A DNA stretch of 62,134 nucleotides, filler included, from Choristocarpus tenellus KU-1152 (GCA_964200185.2; 10 parts of 10 records of this genome joined end to end with filler, not necessarily neighbours in it); one strand, 5' to 3'; positions 39,231 to 53,310 are shown, numbered from the whole stretch's first letter. The notes: generated by a model not told the origin, from the sequence alone. A program made the numbers and translations.

Positions 39231-42200
39231 GTGATAAGGATTGTGTGACTATGGGTCTACACTATTGTGATGATCAAAATAGTTGGTGGCCCAATCCAGG
39301 ACAGTAACCACTCCGATTTCCCCCATCCACAACTCGATTTATTCTACAATCTTCCCTACTTCGCTCAGAAAGTGTGACACGAGTTCAGTATCAAGAGAAG
39401 AGAGACCTCTGCTGCGTTGATTGAGGCCATGACGAGAGTTGAAGGAGTTTGCCATGGGGGTTGTTGATGATTTCGGGAAGGTTGTGCGTGGGTTAGATGT
39501 TGACTGAACAGCTACTATCGTTTGTGTCCAAACTGTCACCGTTTGTTGACTGTCTGGCTATCTGTCAGGGGAGTAAAGTCGCGCTACTGTGTATGCCGCA
39601 CCAAACTTTCGATCTGGTCTTCCGTTGAGTTAATCTCGGGAGCTGCATAGTAGCCAGGTGCCAAGGTCAAGTGCAAGATTGGGCATGGTGGTGGTCGGAA
39701 GGGCGGTGAAGTCTCATTGTTGGCACTGGAGTCAAGCAGCTTTATCATGAGATGCCATACGGCAAGCCTCCCACATGATGGTGTGCCAGTAACTTCTCTG
39801 AGGATTGAGGTGGACGAACACTTTTATGCCACGGGTTCGCTATATGGTGAGTCTCTATTGATGAACCTAGAGTCAGAGTCTCCATCCTGATGGCATCTCA
39901 GTCCCCACGAAAAGGAGACATGACCGTCGAGCCGAGGCCAAGGGTCTCAATGCAGTCGCTTCAACGATTCACCTAATCAAACCTCAATTTCCTCTCTTCT
40001 TGCGCTCGGAAACTGCCTGAACAGAACAGTTGACTTGAGAGGTTAATGATTCGCCTTGACGAGTCTTTTGACCCAGGCAGTCATTACAAGTATCCAATTT
40101 AGTTTTAAAAAATTGAAAGAGATGGAGGGGAGAGGCTTGGGTGCCGGCTAAGAAGCTGCCAAATTATCCAAGCCCCTTGTGCGCTCAATGTTGGCCACCT
40201 CCGACAGCAGCGTTAATGTGTAAACGACCTTAGATGACTACCACGGGCTAAGATTCCTCCGGGTGGACAGATACGGGCCGAACATAAGTGCTTGAGGGGA
40301 GGATAAATTGATCTCTTCCTCACCTTCCCTCACCTACCTTCTTCACTACTGCCACAAATGATAATTTTGTCCACCAAGACAACACTCTTTAGTTTTTGTC
40401 TGTGATTGGCGATGGAGCTAGGTAGGAACACCGTGCATCAGTGCCCTTAATGAGCAAGTACAGTTGCAGCTTGTGTTTGAAGTTCCGTGTCAATATTTTT
40501 CTTCCTCATCTGTACACTTGTGAACCTCATGCCCCTGCCATATCACACACCAGGTGTAATGTGTATACCTGAATGATATCCAGAGCAGTTCTCATCCACT
40601 CCGTTAATACTCCACCCAATACTAAATCCCTTGCTACTATGCCCTACCCCACACAACTACCCTCAACCCTTTGGCATCCAATACTTTCCTGTTTCGAAGA
40701 AGTGAATCACATAAAAATGGGAATATTTACCTTCATTTTTTCTTAATCGGTTCTTGATGCTGCAGCTTTGGTACCATCCCTGCACTCTGTTGGAGGTGTA
40801 ATTTCGTACAAGCTGCTAAATGATGGACTACTTGGAAGGCGCAGGTGGCTTTACATACAATCATGTCCGAAATAGTAGAACATGGAGCAAAAAGGGAAGG
40901 GTGACCTCCAATAGAATGGAATGGAATTGAGCCTAGCCAGGAGAGGAGAACAGAATTACTGTCCAAGAAGGAGCGTATTGTTAAGTCATTACTGTTGGGC
41001 CACCACAGTTGACAAGTGATGCAATATGGTATAGGTATTTAAAACCTTGAATCAGGAAGGTAAAAGTGCTGGAGCAACTGTTTCAAGAAGGTGAAGTATG
41101 ACTCTTAGAGGTGCATGTCTTCAGAAGGGTAGGGTTTAGAGGTGGCCAATCTGTTAACAGATCTTGTCGAGGTGGGGTCACAGCAGGCTTAGTAGCGTCT
41201 ATGTTTACCAGCTGTTTGTCACACGCCAGTTTATCTGTTGGAAGTGGATATTTAACAGGGAGTGCTTGTGATGACATGGTGTTTGTGCTTTAGTATGTTG
41301 ATAGTTGTGGACAAGGGTACTTCCAGATGGTTTTTCAGGTGTATTCAAAGAAGCAATTACTAACGATGTTAATGGTAAAATACGAACCTGGTTTACCTAA
41401 ATATATTTTAGTCCTATCTTTAGGCAAAAAAAAAGAATTCGAGCCTAAAGTACCGGAATTTTGTTGAGGAAGATGTAGGTTCTTGAATTGTGAAGCTTTT
41501 TATGTCATGGGACTATCTTCCCTCTTTTTTGCATGTCCTCCCCACACTCCTGCTGACCAAAATTCAATTATGTGTTATTGTCAACACAGAAAATTATTCA
41601 AATTGCATTCAAAATTTGAAGACGTGCAACACCATCCCTAATCCTAATGCAATGCGGTTTTGTCTTTCACATACATGCAGGAAACGGCATTGCCTGCACA
41701 GCTTACCATCAATTTTTTGAGGAGTAAAAATACTTGATGAGGGCATCCCCCTGTGAGAGATCGTTGCATCATGGACTGCGCTTGCCTTTCCAAAGGTCGT
41801 TGGGAGTTGCTTGGTGATAGAACTTAGGTAGTGCTGGTGGGAAAAGGTCCAACTGCATGGCTTGATGATGTCAATACCAGCTTCAAGAGCCAATTGAGCA
41901 GGATGGAAAAAGACTGATTCAGCTATGGGAATGTAAGTGTTGATCAAATTAAATTGATCTGAATTAGTTGGTGATGAAGCAAGCACATAGTAGTTCCAGG
42001 CTTAGGTCTGGTGGTCACAATGTAAGCACAAGCATGGTCTTTCCAGGTTCGTAAATTGACTAATGCGGATTTTGTAACCATCTATATGACATGAGTACAG
42101 ATCAATAGCAAGGTGAAGTAGCATCCCATTAGAAGATGTGTACTACAAGGTGGCCAATAGTCCTCTTGGATGATTTTGAAGGGAGAGTTGGACCATGCAT

Positions 42201-44304
42201 GCTCTGCAACATGTACATCTTCCCCACCACTCTCCATCTCAAATGGGTAGCCTCGGCATAACCTTCCTCACAAACCAAGCAGACAGTAACCCCCTCTACA
42301 CTTCATTCTGACAGAAACCTTTACATGAGCGTACACTCGCTGCGCCTCTGCTGCCCCCCCCCCCCTCCCCCAGGAGAAACTATTTTCAACCCTCACCTCA
42401 CCCTTCTAAGACTTCATCCAGAACAGGGGGAACTGCACTAAAATGATTCAAGCAAACCTCCACATTTGATGTTACCAACCAGAACACATCAAACACCAAA
42501 AGCTCTGTGAGGTTGGACCCATTTTCAGCCAAAGTTGATGAATCAAATGCCAAACCCCCCCTTGGTTCAAGAAGCTGTTGGCTTTGCTGTGAGTTGGTGT
42601 TGTCAAACAGGGTAAAAAATAGACGTAAGTTCCAGATGTTCAAAAACCAATACACACAATATGTGTGTTTCCGTGATCAAGGATCAATTCTCCTTGTCAA
42701 TCTTCCCACAATATTATAATGCAATACAATAGCTGAAGTTCCATTTTTGTTTTGACAATCACTATGCTCTCCAGACAGTGTACGCCAAGAAGGACAACTG
42801 CATCCCCTCGATAAACCTCAAAGAGAACCCCAACAACAAATAAACAAATTTCTTTCAAGATTTCCATAACTGAGCTTTTCCAGCAGTTGTACTTTGAGAG
42901 TGTGACAGTTGTCATATTTATTGCTTTGGATGGTAGGTTATGGATTATTCAATGGTGCACATAACCCTCTTCTGCCTTGTTAGTATATTACAACATACAC
43001 CGAATGAGTTGAATCAATCATATCAGTATTTGTGACGCATGTGTGATGCCCTTGGCCTTGGAGTACACCTATATCCAATATTTCCCACTTCCCGTGAAGC
43101 CTCTCCCATTTTGATCTTTCTCTTCAACCAGGTGCAGTGTGTGGTAAAGTAGTGTTTGTTTCACTGCAACAAAGAGTAGGGTTGTAGTAGAGGATAAGCC
43201 AAGCTAGGAAAAGGTAGTGGGGCAGTCAGTTGATACCATCAGTATCAGAGGGAGTGGCATTGACCTTGTGATGATAACAGGTAAAGGATTGACTGGAGGT
43301 AAAGGGCTTACAAACAACAATAACAACAAACTTAATTGTTCAACCATGAACTTCACACTCATCCTGAACTGCAAATCCTGTATGCCCACACACAAGACTC
43401 TTCATCAATAGCACTTGCTATGAGGCAGGGGATACACCTTGACAACTGCCAACCATCTCAACTGTGGAGGAACAAAACAACACTGGAAGACTGCAACTTA
43501 TCAAACATGGCTATCATGTAAATGCATCGATTCCTTGAGTCAGGCGAACCTGTGTTCATTCACAGTGGTCAGTACAGCAATCCTCTCATGTAGTACATCA
43601 TCATACACACCACCAAACATTACACAACAAAACACATGTTGTATACTATGGCAAACATTAACTGAGAGATAAGGCAGACAGGTGGGAACAGGACTCTTAA
43701 CAACGCAGTCTCACACTCTACCCATTACCCATCTTCTGAAGTCCCATGAGTAACACAATCATGTCTTGAAGAGAAATACAGCTAGCTGGGTGCAAAAAGA
43801 CAAGAACTGTGCATGGCACAAAAGCCAATATGGAGCCAAAGGTTCATCAACACCCTGTGACCTCCTGTTTAGTGTCTCACTTGCTTTGTCTGATCCCTAA
43901 GATTGGCCGTGGACATCAAAACGTCATAAACTGTTTCGATCTATAGGTGATAATACTCCATCTTTTGGTGAAAACAAACCACAGCAATGTCTTAGGTGCT
44001 TTGGTTCAGGCCTCATATGGCACTACCCATCCTTCTGAGAGAGAAGTCAATCTTTGATGTGACCTTCAGGATCCACGTCCTTGGTTGGTGTTGCGGCCCC
44101 GTCCTCAGCTGTGGTGACCTCGTCCCCTTTCCCAGATATTGGTGTTGGACATTGTCCCGGCTACAGCTTCCGCAATGGTAGCCTGGGCATCCAAGCATGG
44201 GGACGGACCAGGCATTCTGCAGAGTGGGGAGAGGGGACAAGGAATCCGATCACATAAACAATATTCACTTTTGGGGTGAGGGGCAAAGGACCACACCAGA
44301 TTCA

Positions 44305-44562
44305 GAGTCAAAGTATCTGAGAGGGTAGAGTCGCGTCCATTTGGGGACCAAATACGATGTTGCAATTTTGATGTTATTTTGGCTATCATGTTTGTTAGGA
44401 GATGTCAATATCCTTGTTCCAGACACTCCTTTTCATAACGTATACATTTTACCTACTCCGAAACATTTTGGAGTAGGTAAAATGTCATGAAAAACACGTG
44501 GGAAGCCAAACCCCAGATGGACAAACAGGGCAAAACTCATACCCTCTAAGATACTTTCACTC
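44305..44562. mobile_element. MITE family A, complete
   Basis: TIRs GAGTCAAAGTATCT and AGATACTTTCACTC. TSD TCA/TCA. Confidence 0.9.
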
Positions 44563-45379
44563 TCATGGACAGATCGTCACAAGCTTGACTCATAGATTGG
44601 CTGGTCAGCATCAAGAGAGTTTCAGTGCCATACCAAATCATGACTATCCCACAATGACATCATTTGTGTTCGGTATTTCCTGCTTGAGGGTGTCCACAAG
44701 GTCTTGGGGTTGGGATTGGACTTGGGATTGGACTTGGGAGCAAACGATGACCAAGGTTGTTCAGGTGTCATACTCAGAAAATGTCACCATAACAATAGCA
44801 ATCAGTGGCCCACCAATAGGGTGGCTCCAAAGGATCATCAATCAAGGAGAGTTGGAAAGATCGCAATCTCTACTTTGAGGTATTAGTAGTCATGGAATTA
44901 TGCAAGTACAGATCCCCACCACCTCTATGAACTTGATTCCAGGATAATGGGAAATCTCCAAGGCATCAGGGCTCCCCATTCTTCAGAAGAGGGTCTTGCA
45001 CTCACACCCTGNNNNNNNNNNNNNNNNNNNNNNNNNNNNNNNNNNNNNNNNNNNNTTAATTAATTAANNNNNNNNNNNNNNNNNNNNNNNNNNNNNNNNN
45101 NNNNNNNNNNNCTGACTTCCAGTCACCCCCCCCCTATGTGATAACCAACCAGTGCGACCCCTTTGCCCCTGATTTCCGGTCACCCTCCCCACCCTTCAAC
45201 CCCACAAAAGTTGCCACTCCCCTCAACCACACAGAAGTTTCTACTCCACTCAACACCACTCCACAATCCTCCAAGAACACCCCTTCATGATCCACTTCAA
45301 ACCGTGCCTTTGAACTAGAAGACATCTACCCCGCCGGAACTTGACCTCCCCTCTCCTTCGGGGTTGATTCCTTTCTAAC

Positions 45380-46420
45380 TCATCCCCTTATCTCTTGCCC
45401 TGGTTGGACCCAATCTTTCTTAATCCCTGTCAAGCCCTTTGAAATCCATACTGGGTCCCTCTGGTTAGCCCTTACGTATACCATAAATGCCCTCGACTCC
45501 CATCTCCCCTCCCTCTGTATTACCAATTCTGATACCCCCATGGTCGCCAATCTCGTAGCTCCCCCTATCCTACCCGAATGCAAGGCATACTCTTCTGGTC
45601 TTAAGTGAAGTTCCTTTGCCATTCTCCTCGGTACACATGTCGCTTGGCCCCTCGTGATCACCCTCCATCCCTCTCCTTGCCTACATGTCATCGGTTGGGC
45701 GTGAGGGGGGAGTTCTGGGAAACATTCCATGATAGCCATTACCACCTCCCAACCTCCCATACTTTCTTCCCCCCCTTTTTTCTCCACCTTAAACTTTGTC
45801 GACACTGCTCCTTTCCTACCCTGGTCCCCGTTTGACCCCGTAAATGTTACCTCTACTTTTTCTGCTTGGTGTCTATCCTCCCACCTCAACCTTTCCACTC
45901 CCCTCCTCCAGACTACGTCCCTCCCTACTGCGAAATCTCCACGTATTCCCCCCCCTTCATCATAGGCCCACAACTCTGATACTCTGGCTAGAAAGAAGAA
46001 CGAGAAATCCAAGCCTAGCCTTGTCAATTTACCTTCCCTACCTAGCATATCAGTTCATTGCTTTGTCTCTACAATTATTCTCCATGTTAAGGGTCTCCTC
46101 TTCCTGAGGGATCGCTCCATACCTTTGTGTGGCTCCTCCTTATTCCTTTGTAGATCATGAAATGTTGTGTGGGGAGTTGGAAGTTGAAGAATTGTTTGTG
46201 GTAGTATTGGATTGCCGCTATCTTACCCTTACTTGGTTCCCCCTACTCCCGTAACAAAAACACATGAACTCCTCTAGGGCCTTCACTACGTCTATCTCTC
46301 GGCTCCTAGGGTCTAACCACCTACTTAATCCTCTTTATGTACGGAACTCAGGCCATTGGTCCCAAGCTTTCTCGTAACACTTCTGAGTAGATGTCATAAC
46401 CGACCCTCTGGCGTACAATG
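45380..46420 (-). pseudogene. Tyrosine recombinase of the DIRS-type element (frameshifted)
   Basis: FFFLARVSE (catalytic R), YALHSGRIGGAT (H-x-x-R) and GRWESRAFMVYVR (W and catalytic Y). An upstream SAM-like segment (STQKCYEKAWDQW) lies in a different frame. Confidence 0.88.
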
Positions 46421-46804
46421 CTGCAAGGCACTAAAACACACCATCTTCCCTACCCGACTCAGGGACTGTTCCTGTCAATCAACACGTGAGCAAGTATGTT
46501 GGACGTTAGATTGAATCTCGTTCCCTCTTCCACCTCGATATGCCATCTGCTAGGTCATTCTGCTTCCCTGCAACGTGTTCCGCTGCAAATTACTATTCCC
46601 TTGCTTTCTCCAACATCCCCATTATTCTCATCAATCCCCCCGCCCTCCTATCCTTTGCCCCCCCACACTTACGGAACCAATACACTGCAGAGTAGTTGTC
46701 CCCTCTAAGCAACACTGGATCTCCCTTCTTGTCTGCCTTCCCCTTCACCTTCACGACCAGAATCCATGCATTCATTACCATCCCTAGTATCTCCAAGACA
46801 TCGA

Positions 46805-46981
46805 GACCCAAAGTATCTGGGGGGGGGTAGGGTCTACGCCAGGGTGTCCATTTGGTCCAAAATCTGGAAAAGTGTATTTACTTTATTATCCATCCGATGT
46901 ATGCAACCAAATAACCCAAAAAGTCGCGACATGGAAAAATTGACCCCAAAGGACAGCCGCCACCCCTAGATAATTTAAGCC
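46805..46981. mobile_element. MITE family B, complete (177 bp), inserted in the RNase H region of the DIRS element
   Basis: TIRs GACCCAAAGTATCT and AGATAATTTAAGCC. Flanks are CGA and TGA. It splits the peptide EEGSIS..VLEILGM. Confidence 0.88.
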
Positions 46982-48515
46982 TGAATGATATACTCCCTTC
47001 CTCTCGTTTAATCACACTACGTGTAATATCGTTCAAGTGTTCTGGAAAATCATACCTCCACCACTTACCCGTCCCTACATCGTACCCTCCTACTGCTGAA
47101 AAACATGCATCTGAATACCATATCCTCCTTGGGGGTCTTGACACAAAACCCACAAAGGGGGAACTCAAGTTTTCTCCATCCTCTGCCATACCATGTTCTA
47201 CCACCCACCTCCACCAATACAAGTCCTCCTTAAACGCTATATCTATCCTAATCTTCCTATCTCCTTCTTTTGAACCTTCCCTCTGTTCGCCCTGCCCCCC
47301 CCCCACCCGCTATCCTTCTCAACCAACCCCCCTTCTGGTGCAACCCCGACAGTTGTACCAGCCGCCAAAGAAAAAATCTCCCTGGGCGTAAGACGTACGA
47401 CATGTGGAATAGTCTGCCCAACAGCACCCATACCTCCCTCACCCTGGCTATCGACTTCGACTCTGGCCCTTCAGTTTTCCATCTGGTAATGCGATGGTCA
47501 TCTTTACTGTGTCTATCCTCCACCCTACCACTACCTGTGTCGTATGCCAGCCTGTCAATTTTTTTGCTGACAAAGTGGGGGGATCATTTGTGTTTCTCTG
47601 GCCTAGCAAAGGTACGTGATCGGAGACTAAGGAATTCGTTGCCAACTTTAGTCTCCGCCCATCTTCAAACCATTGGTGCTCTACAAAGATGCTATCATCT
47701 ACATGCATTCTTGAAAAAAAAGGGTCCTCTACACCCCCCCCCTCTACCTCCTGCACATTCCATGTCTCATCTATGGTATGGCACTAACCTCCCTCCTGCC
47801 CTTCTGCTTTGAGTGATTTACACCTACAGCAATCCTTTCTGCTTCCTTGAGAACTACAGCTGACTTTGGATCTGTATGACAGCGTGAGAATTCTAGGGCA
47901 CTTGCCAATAAATCCCACCACCCAGGGCTATTCCTCCAACCAAACTGGAGAGTAAAGTCAATCACCAACAAATCTCCCACACAATATCGAAACTTTGCTG
48001 CCCCTTGTGGTTCTATTGGTACTTGGCGAAAGGCATCTTTAACATCCATCTTATTAATCATAATTCTCGCCTTAGGGAACTTCTTCCTTAATCCTACAAT
48101 CCTCCTAATCACGTCTCCCAGAAACCTGTCCCACAATATACTGGGGGGGCATCTGCCAACTCTGTTTCTCCATTCACACTTGGACCCCAACTCTCTTGCT
48201 GAGACGACGGATCATGAATGATCCTTACCTTCGTAGGTTCTTGGATTACTCCAACTGGAGACATCTGCAATCCTGGAATCTTCCCCCATATCTGTTTTGG
48301 AAACATTAATGTTCTACCCTGGGTCACGTCACTCACTACCTTTTCTAGGAGGGCCTTACTTCTGCTTCTTGCACTCTTGTGGTTTCTATACTCTAGTCTC
48401 TTCTCAACTCTGCCTGTTCCTCCTATGCATACTGGTACTCCCCTTTTACCACCTGTTGGAGTTGATCTATCTGTGGGAATCCAACCTTTCCCCCAAAATG
48501 GTCATCAATCTTCCC

Positions 48516-48704
48516 GGGTCAAAGTATCTGGGGGGGGGGGGGGGGGGGGGGGGGGTTGGGGGGGGGCGGGCGTTGGGGGGGGGGNNNNNNNNNNNNNNNN
48601 NNNNNNNNNNNNNNNNNNNNNNNNNNNNTTAATTAATTAANNNNNNNNNNNNNNNNNNNNNNNNNNNNNNNNNNNNNNNNNNNNCCTCCCAGATACTTTG
48701 GGTC
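48516..48704. mobile_element. MITE family B ends on either side of a contig spacer (48516-48584 and 48685-48704; not necessarily one copy)
   Basis: GGGTCAAAGTATCT plus a G-run before the spacer; CCCAGATACTTTGGGTC after it. Confidence 0.7.
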
Positions 48705-51419
48705 ACAATAGAGGTTCACTATGTACCCCTGGGAGGCACTAAACCGCATCCGGTAGAGCCTCTTCGCAGTCTATGGTGAAGTACTGGGGTCCAAGGGTAA
48801 TAACATCTTCCAAATTCCCGATCTTAACAACAAGAAGGCCCGGAAGGAAGGCAACCTCCCCCCGAATGCCCCAGTGGATGAGGCGAAATACCGTACTGGA
48901 ACAGTGTTTTGGAGGGCTTAGGGGACGGAATTGTAGATAGGTGTAGTCTGCCCCATTTTGCTTTCGATTTTGGTTGGCAACCTTGTGTCAGTACAATACA
49001 TCCATTAAATATGAGCATGTGAAAGAAGAAATTCCTCTTCATTGGGGATGCAAAAGTTACGTTACATATAATTCTGAACGAAGTATGTGCCAATTGGAAC
49101 GGTGTAGCATATGCACACAAGGCATGTGTGGTCCTCAAAGCATGGGCAACATATTAAGAGTATCCCCCAAAGGACTGTTGTAGTGCTCTCCCACTTCAGA
49201 ACTTCTCTCTGCTATCATCATTGCTGTTAAACTGTTGGAAATTGGTGAACAGGTTCTTCAGACTGAAGGGGACCATTAATACTAACAGGAGGAAGTGATT
49301 GGAGAGAGAAAAAGCAAAAGTTAGTAACCCTCAGAAGATCACTCAGGGAAGGAGTGAACAAGGAAAGAAAATGAGGGGCCTTCCAACGTCCACTCAACTA
49401 CCCGATATTTGCATCATTAGGAAGGAATGGTTACGTCATAAAAGGAAAATCCCTTGTTGAGGTATACCTTCCGGAGGAAGGACCTTTAAAAGGTATACCT
49501 TGGCAGGAAAGGTCCTTAAGACATCCATATTAAAATGTACTAAGAGAAAAAAGTGGTACCAGTAGCTTCGCCCTCTGTGATAACCTTGAATTTTTTCACC
49601 GTATCGCCGCAACAGATACACAACAATATATATATGAAATGAAAGGGTATGACAAAATCTTTTGAGTTGTTGTGGTTTTGTATACGCTTCGGGGAATGGG
49701 AACTATGTCCCAATCAAATAATGGAAAAAACGCGGGGAAACATCTCCGGCGCAATTTTGAAGGTCACGACTTCAAAAGATACAAAAATGAAGTGGTTGAC
49801 CGAACTCCTTACAGAAAACTGGTCCGGGATAGGTCCCTGTCCAAGTTTGACCGGTGTGATATTCTGGACGTCTTTTAAAGTCTTTTGCAGACTTTCTGTG
49901 AGGACACACACACGTGACTTACGCAGCAACATGAACCACGGCGGTGAGACAAGGAGAGCCGCCGAGCCCACTCTGCCCCCTGGATCTACCCTAAGCACCT
50001 TCTCTGTCGAGAGGCCCAGGAAAAGCAAGCACCGTGTGACACTCAGTGTAATGTTAGGTGACGATAAAGTCCGAGTAGTGTGGTGCAGCAGCATGATCAA
50101 ATCGAGAAATGGACCACGCGGTCGCGACACTGATGCTGAGAGAAGATGCATTGAAAGCATTACCACACAAACGTGGTTGGGTCTTCAACCACGTCAGAGA
50201 ACTGCCCTGCAGTCTCTGCCACCTCGGGAAAACAGGAAGAGAGCGGTGAGTCCATCACCAGGTGGTACAGTGACGAAGTCTGTGGGGAAGCCTGGTGATA
50301 GTGAGCGAAGGAAACAGAGTGGCCGCCCCAAGGTAAGGTTGGGGAAGAGAGGAGTGCGATTGCGTGCCATTGCGCTCAGGAAGCGCCTAAGGGAATACTC
50401 AGGTGTAGAATATCTTAGTAGTCGACAGTTGCAGCAAGCCCTGGCTGTTTGGAAGCTGTGGCGAGCCAGAGAGACTTGAGGAAACGAGAAAAAAGGTGTT
50501 AGGGTTGGGGTACAAGGGCTCTGAAGCCCAAAAGAAGGTCGAAAGGGCTTGCAAGGTGGAGGAGAAAGCGATCGTAATAAAGGCAGCTGTGGAGACCTTT
50601 CAATACCACCAAATCCTTTTCTTAGAAGAGGTCATAAAGCAGGTGAAGGTAGCCATCGATGTGGACGCCAGGGAAGAAGAGGAGGTGAGATTGAGACTAT
50701 TTGCACACCAATGGTTTGGTGTCTCCCACTTCTTGCAAGATGCTGTACATTCACCTTTGTTCCTGGACTTGGGGTTGGACGTATAAAGTTGATTAAGGCT
50801 TTCTCCCAACCTGCATTAATTCGAGAAATCAACACAATTTTCGATCAACTCAAGTCCTCCCTCGCCCTTGCGGCTTGATGAAAAAAAATATCACCCGTCC
50901 AGGAAACACGGACAACGCCCATTTCCGGCGCTCAACAAGGAAATTTGATCGTTGGGGCTCTAACACTGCGAATCCTGTACGTGTGTATGAATGACGGGAA
51001 AGACCGTCAAGCGGCGCTCAAGATGGCAGCAGGATATGCGATGGTCAGGGCCGATTTATTTGTTAGCGGAGTGATCACAGCCCTCGATGGGGTGCTCTCC
51101 CTTATATTATTATCTATTGCGCACGTCAGCACACACGTCAAAAAGCGTCTGTGTCAGTCGCGTCACACGTTCCAATACGTCAGTCATCATACGTCAGTTA
51201 CTTATATCAAACAGAAATAAGAATTCAATCCATTGAGCCTCCCACCTGTTACTCTAAGCTCATGGGAACAAATCCTTGACACTTACTTCACTCTGTCAAT
51301 ACTTCTGTTGTATAGCACTGGTCACTAAACACGTAAGACCCTATAGACTACCTAGCCTATATTGCACAGAAACTGTGAGTAAATGAGAGAGAGACTCCTT
51401 AACTAAGGGCCACATCAAG

Positions 51420-51665
51420 GTGTCAGAACAAGGGCGCTATGAGAGGCGTTTCGTCCTGGGCCTCGACGAGGACATCCTTATCAAAGACAAAGAGCGGGCG
51501 CGCAAACACACAGGAAGAAAGAGGGGGGAGGCCAATATGACCACGGAGAATTTTCATCAGTGCATCAACGACACAGTCATGCCGAAGGTGGTGAAGCTGA
51601 AGACAGGCAAGTTCGACCCCTTCAAAGGGATGAATTTCAACATGGTGGGCGAAGGGTGTTCGTAG
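51420..51665 (+). pseudogene. Probable N-terminal fragment of an IS630/Tc1/mariner-related DDE transposase
   Basis: GRYERRFVLGLDEDILIK..ERARKH....NMTTENFHQCINDTVMP recalls the DED-(x)n-T...F...VN..LLP block that precedes the HTH in a group of eukaryotic transposases. Recognised from memory; no DDE core is visible before the contig end. Confidence 0.4.
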
Positions 51666-53310
51666 ATAGTGCTGCTGATACACTATAGACACCACTGGNN
51701 NNNNNNNNNNNNNNNNNNNNNNNNNNNNNNNNNNNNNNNNNNTTAATTAATTAANNNNNNNNNNNNNNNNNNNNNNNNNNNNNNNNNNNNNNNNNNNNGT
51801 GTAACAAACGTTTGCACTTCATTGAAATACAAGAAGAAAAGCTCGCGCTATTCGCCTGTAACACATTGGTTGAATATATTTGGGTATGGTAGACATTCTT
51901 CCCCTGCAATGAAATGGTAAGTACACCAGGTCACCCTTCGTACGTAGTTGGAAGTACGCCATTACTCGGTATGGCGTTTTAGTGATACGTAACTGTTGTG
52001 CTCTCATATTCCAGACGTGGCAACAGGAGGAGTGTTTCTCCGTGCGAAATTTTCTGTGCGTGAGAAGCACCCACACCTATTCTCTTGTGCGTTACCTTCG
52101 ACGTATGCAAGAGTTGCCCTGAAGAGTTATTCGCACAGTATTTGCACACACCTCAGCAAGAATAGTATCTCTTTGTACCTTTCCTATGTGAGATGCAGCG
52201 CACCACTGTTAGCGGCAGAACATGCCATGTTAAGGCACGTAGTTGTCAAGATATGGTATACCCTCCTCCAAAAATTGAGTAAAGGATGGTGATGGAGATT
52301 TTCTAGTTGACTCATGGAACTTGAAGAACTGGTGAGAAGTTATATTGTGGTACTACATTGACTCTGTTCTCTTTCCTCCTGTTCTTTGTACGTCGTGTAC
52401 TAGACCATTGCCCTATCCACTACCATAAGCATCATAGGAACAACATCCTATTGTATTTGTTTCCACTACACAGGTTTTTGAAAAAACAGGAATTCTGCCC
52501 CTTGGAGGCATTTGGAAATATCACAAACGAGGTTTTCTCTGTATTTGGCAGCTTACACATTGTATGTGCTTCCCAATACATTTAACATGTTGCAAACATA
52601 GCCCTAGCATCCCTGAACACCATTCAGAGAACGAAGTTAGTGATTGGTGAGTAGGCACAAAAATATGGCTTACACGCCTGTTGCTAGGTAGTTACATATA
52701 ATAATACTCTGGTATCGTTTTAGCGAGTGGAACAGACATAGAATCTCGAGCATGTTTTCAGAGGCCTTATTTGCAACAATGACAATGAGTACACTCGCTA
52801 AAATATTGTGGAAAAAATGGAGGGATGAAGTCGCATTGTAGAGATTGGTATATATTCGCCATAATAAGTCATTTCGCCAATCAGATTTTATTAACTATAG
52901 TGTTGATGAAGACATATCCGTTTTGACCTGTACTAGGATTGTGCTTGACATATTGCTGGCATTGACATGTCCAACAGGGCCTAGTCTTCATGAGGAACCT
53001 GTTGGTGACCACTCCCCACTTTCATCCGTTTAGTGGGAGGATATCATTCGATCTAGATAATACATATTGGTTGTATTTCACTTACAAGTGTACACATCAT
53101 CCCTGTTCTAAGAGTGGTGAAAGAAGTAAAACCATGATGCCATCTTTTTTTCGCAACTGATCTTTCTTCCTGCTCTCGTTTCGTTTATTGGTTTAATTCT
53201 ATTATATATCCTTCCTCACTAAGCTATATCTATATTTTTTTCGTGCCACCTTGTTGCCCACTGTTTATAGCACTCTACAATACTATAATATTGCACCATT
53301 AATTCTATTA

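Larger units (their letters stand above)
45112..48515 (-). mobile_element. Degenerate tyrosine-recombinase (DIRS/Ngaro-type) retrotransposon: RT - RNase H - YR
   Basis: Minus-strand motifs in order. RT: SPVGVIQEPTKVRIIHD, KMDVKDAFRQVPI, LQFGWRNSPGWW, MHVDDSIF. RNase H: WYSDACFSAVGGY, VLEILGMV, LRGDNYSAVYW. Then the recombinase. Multiple frameshifts and stops. The gag end is lost at a MITE and contig break. Confidence 0.9.
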
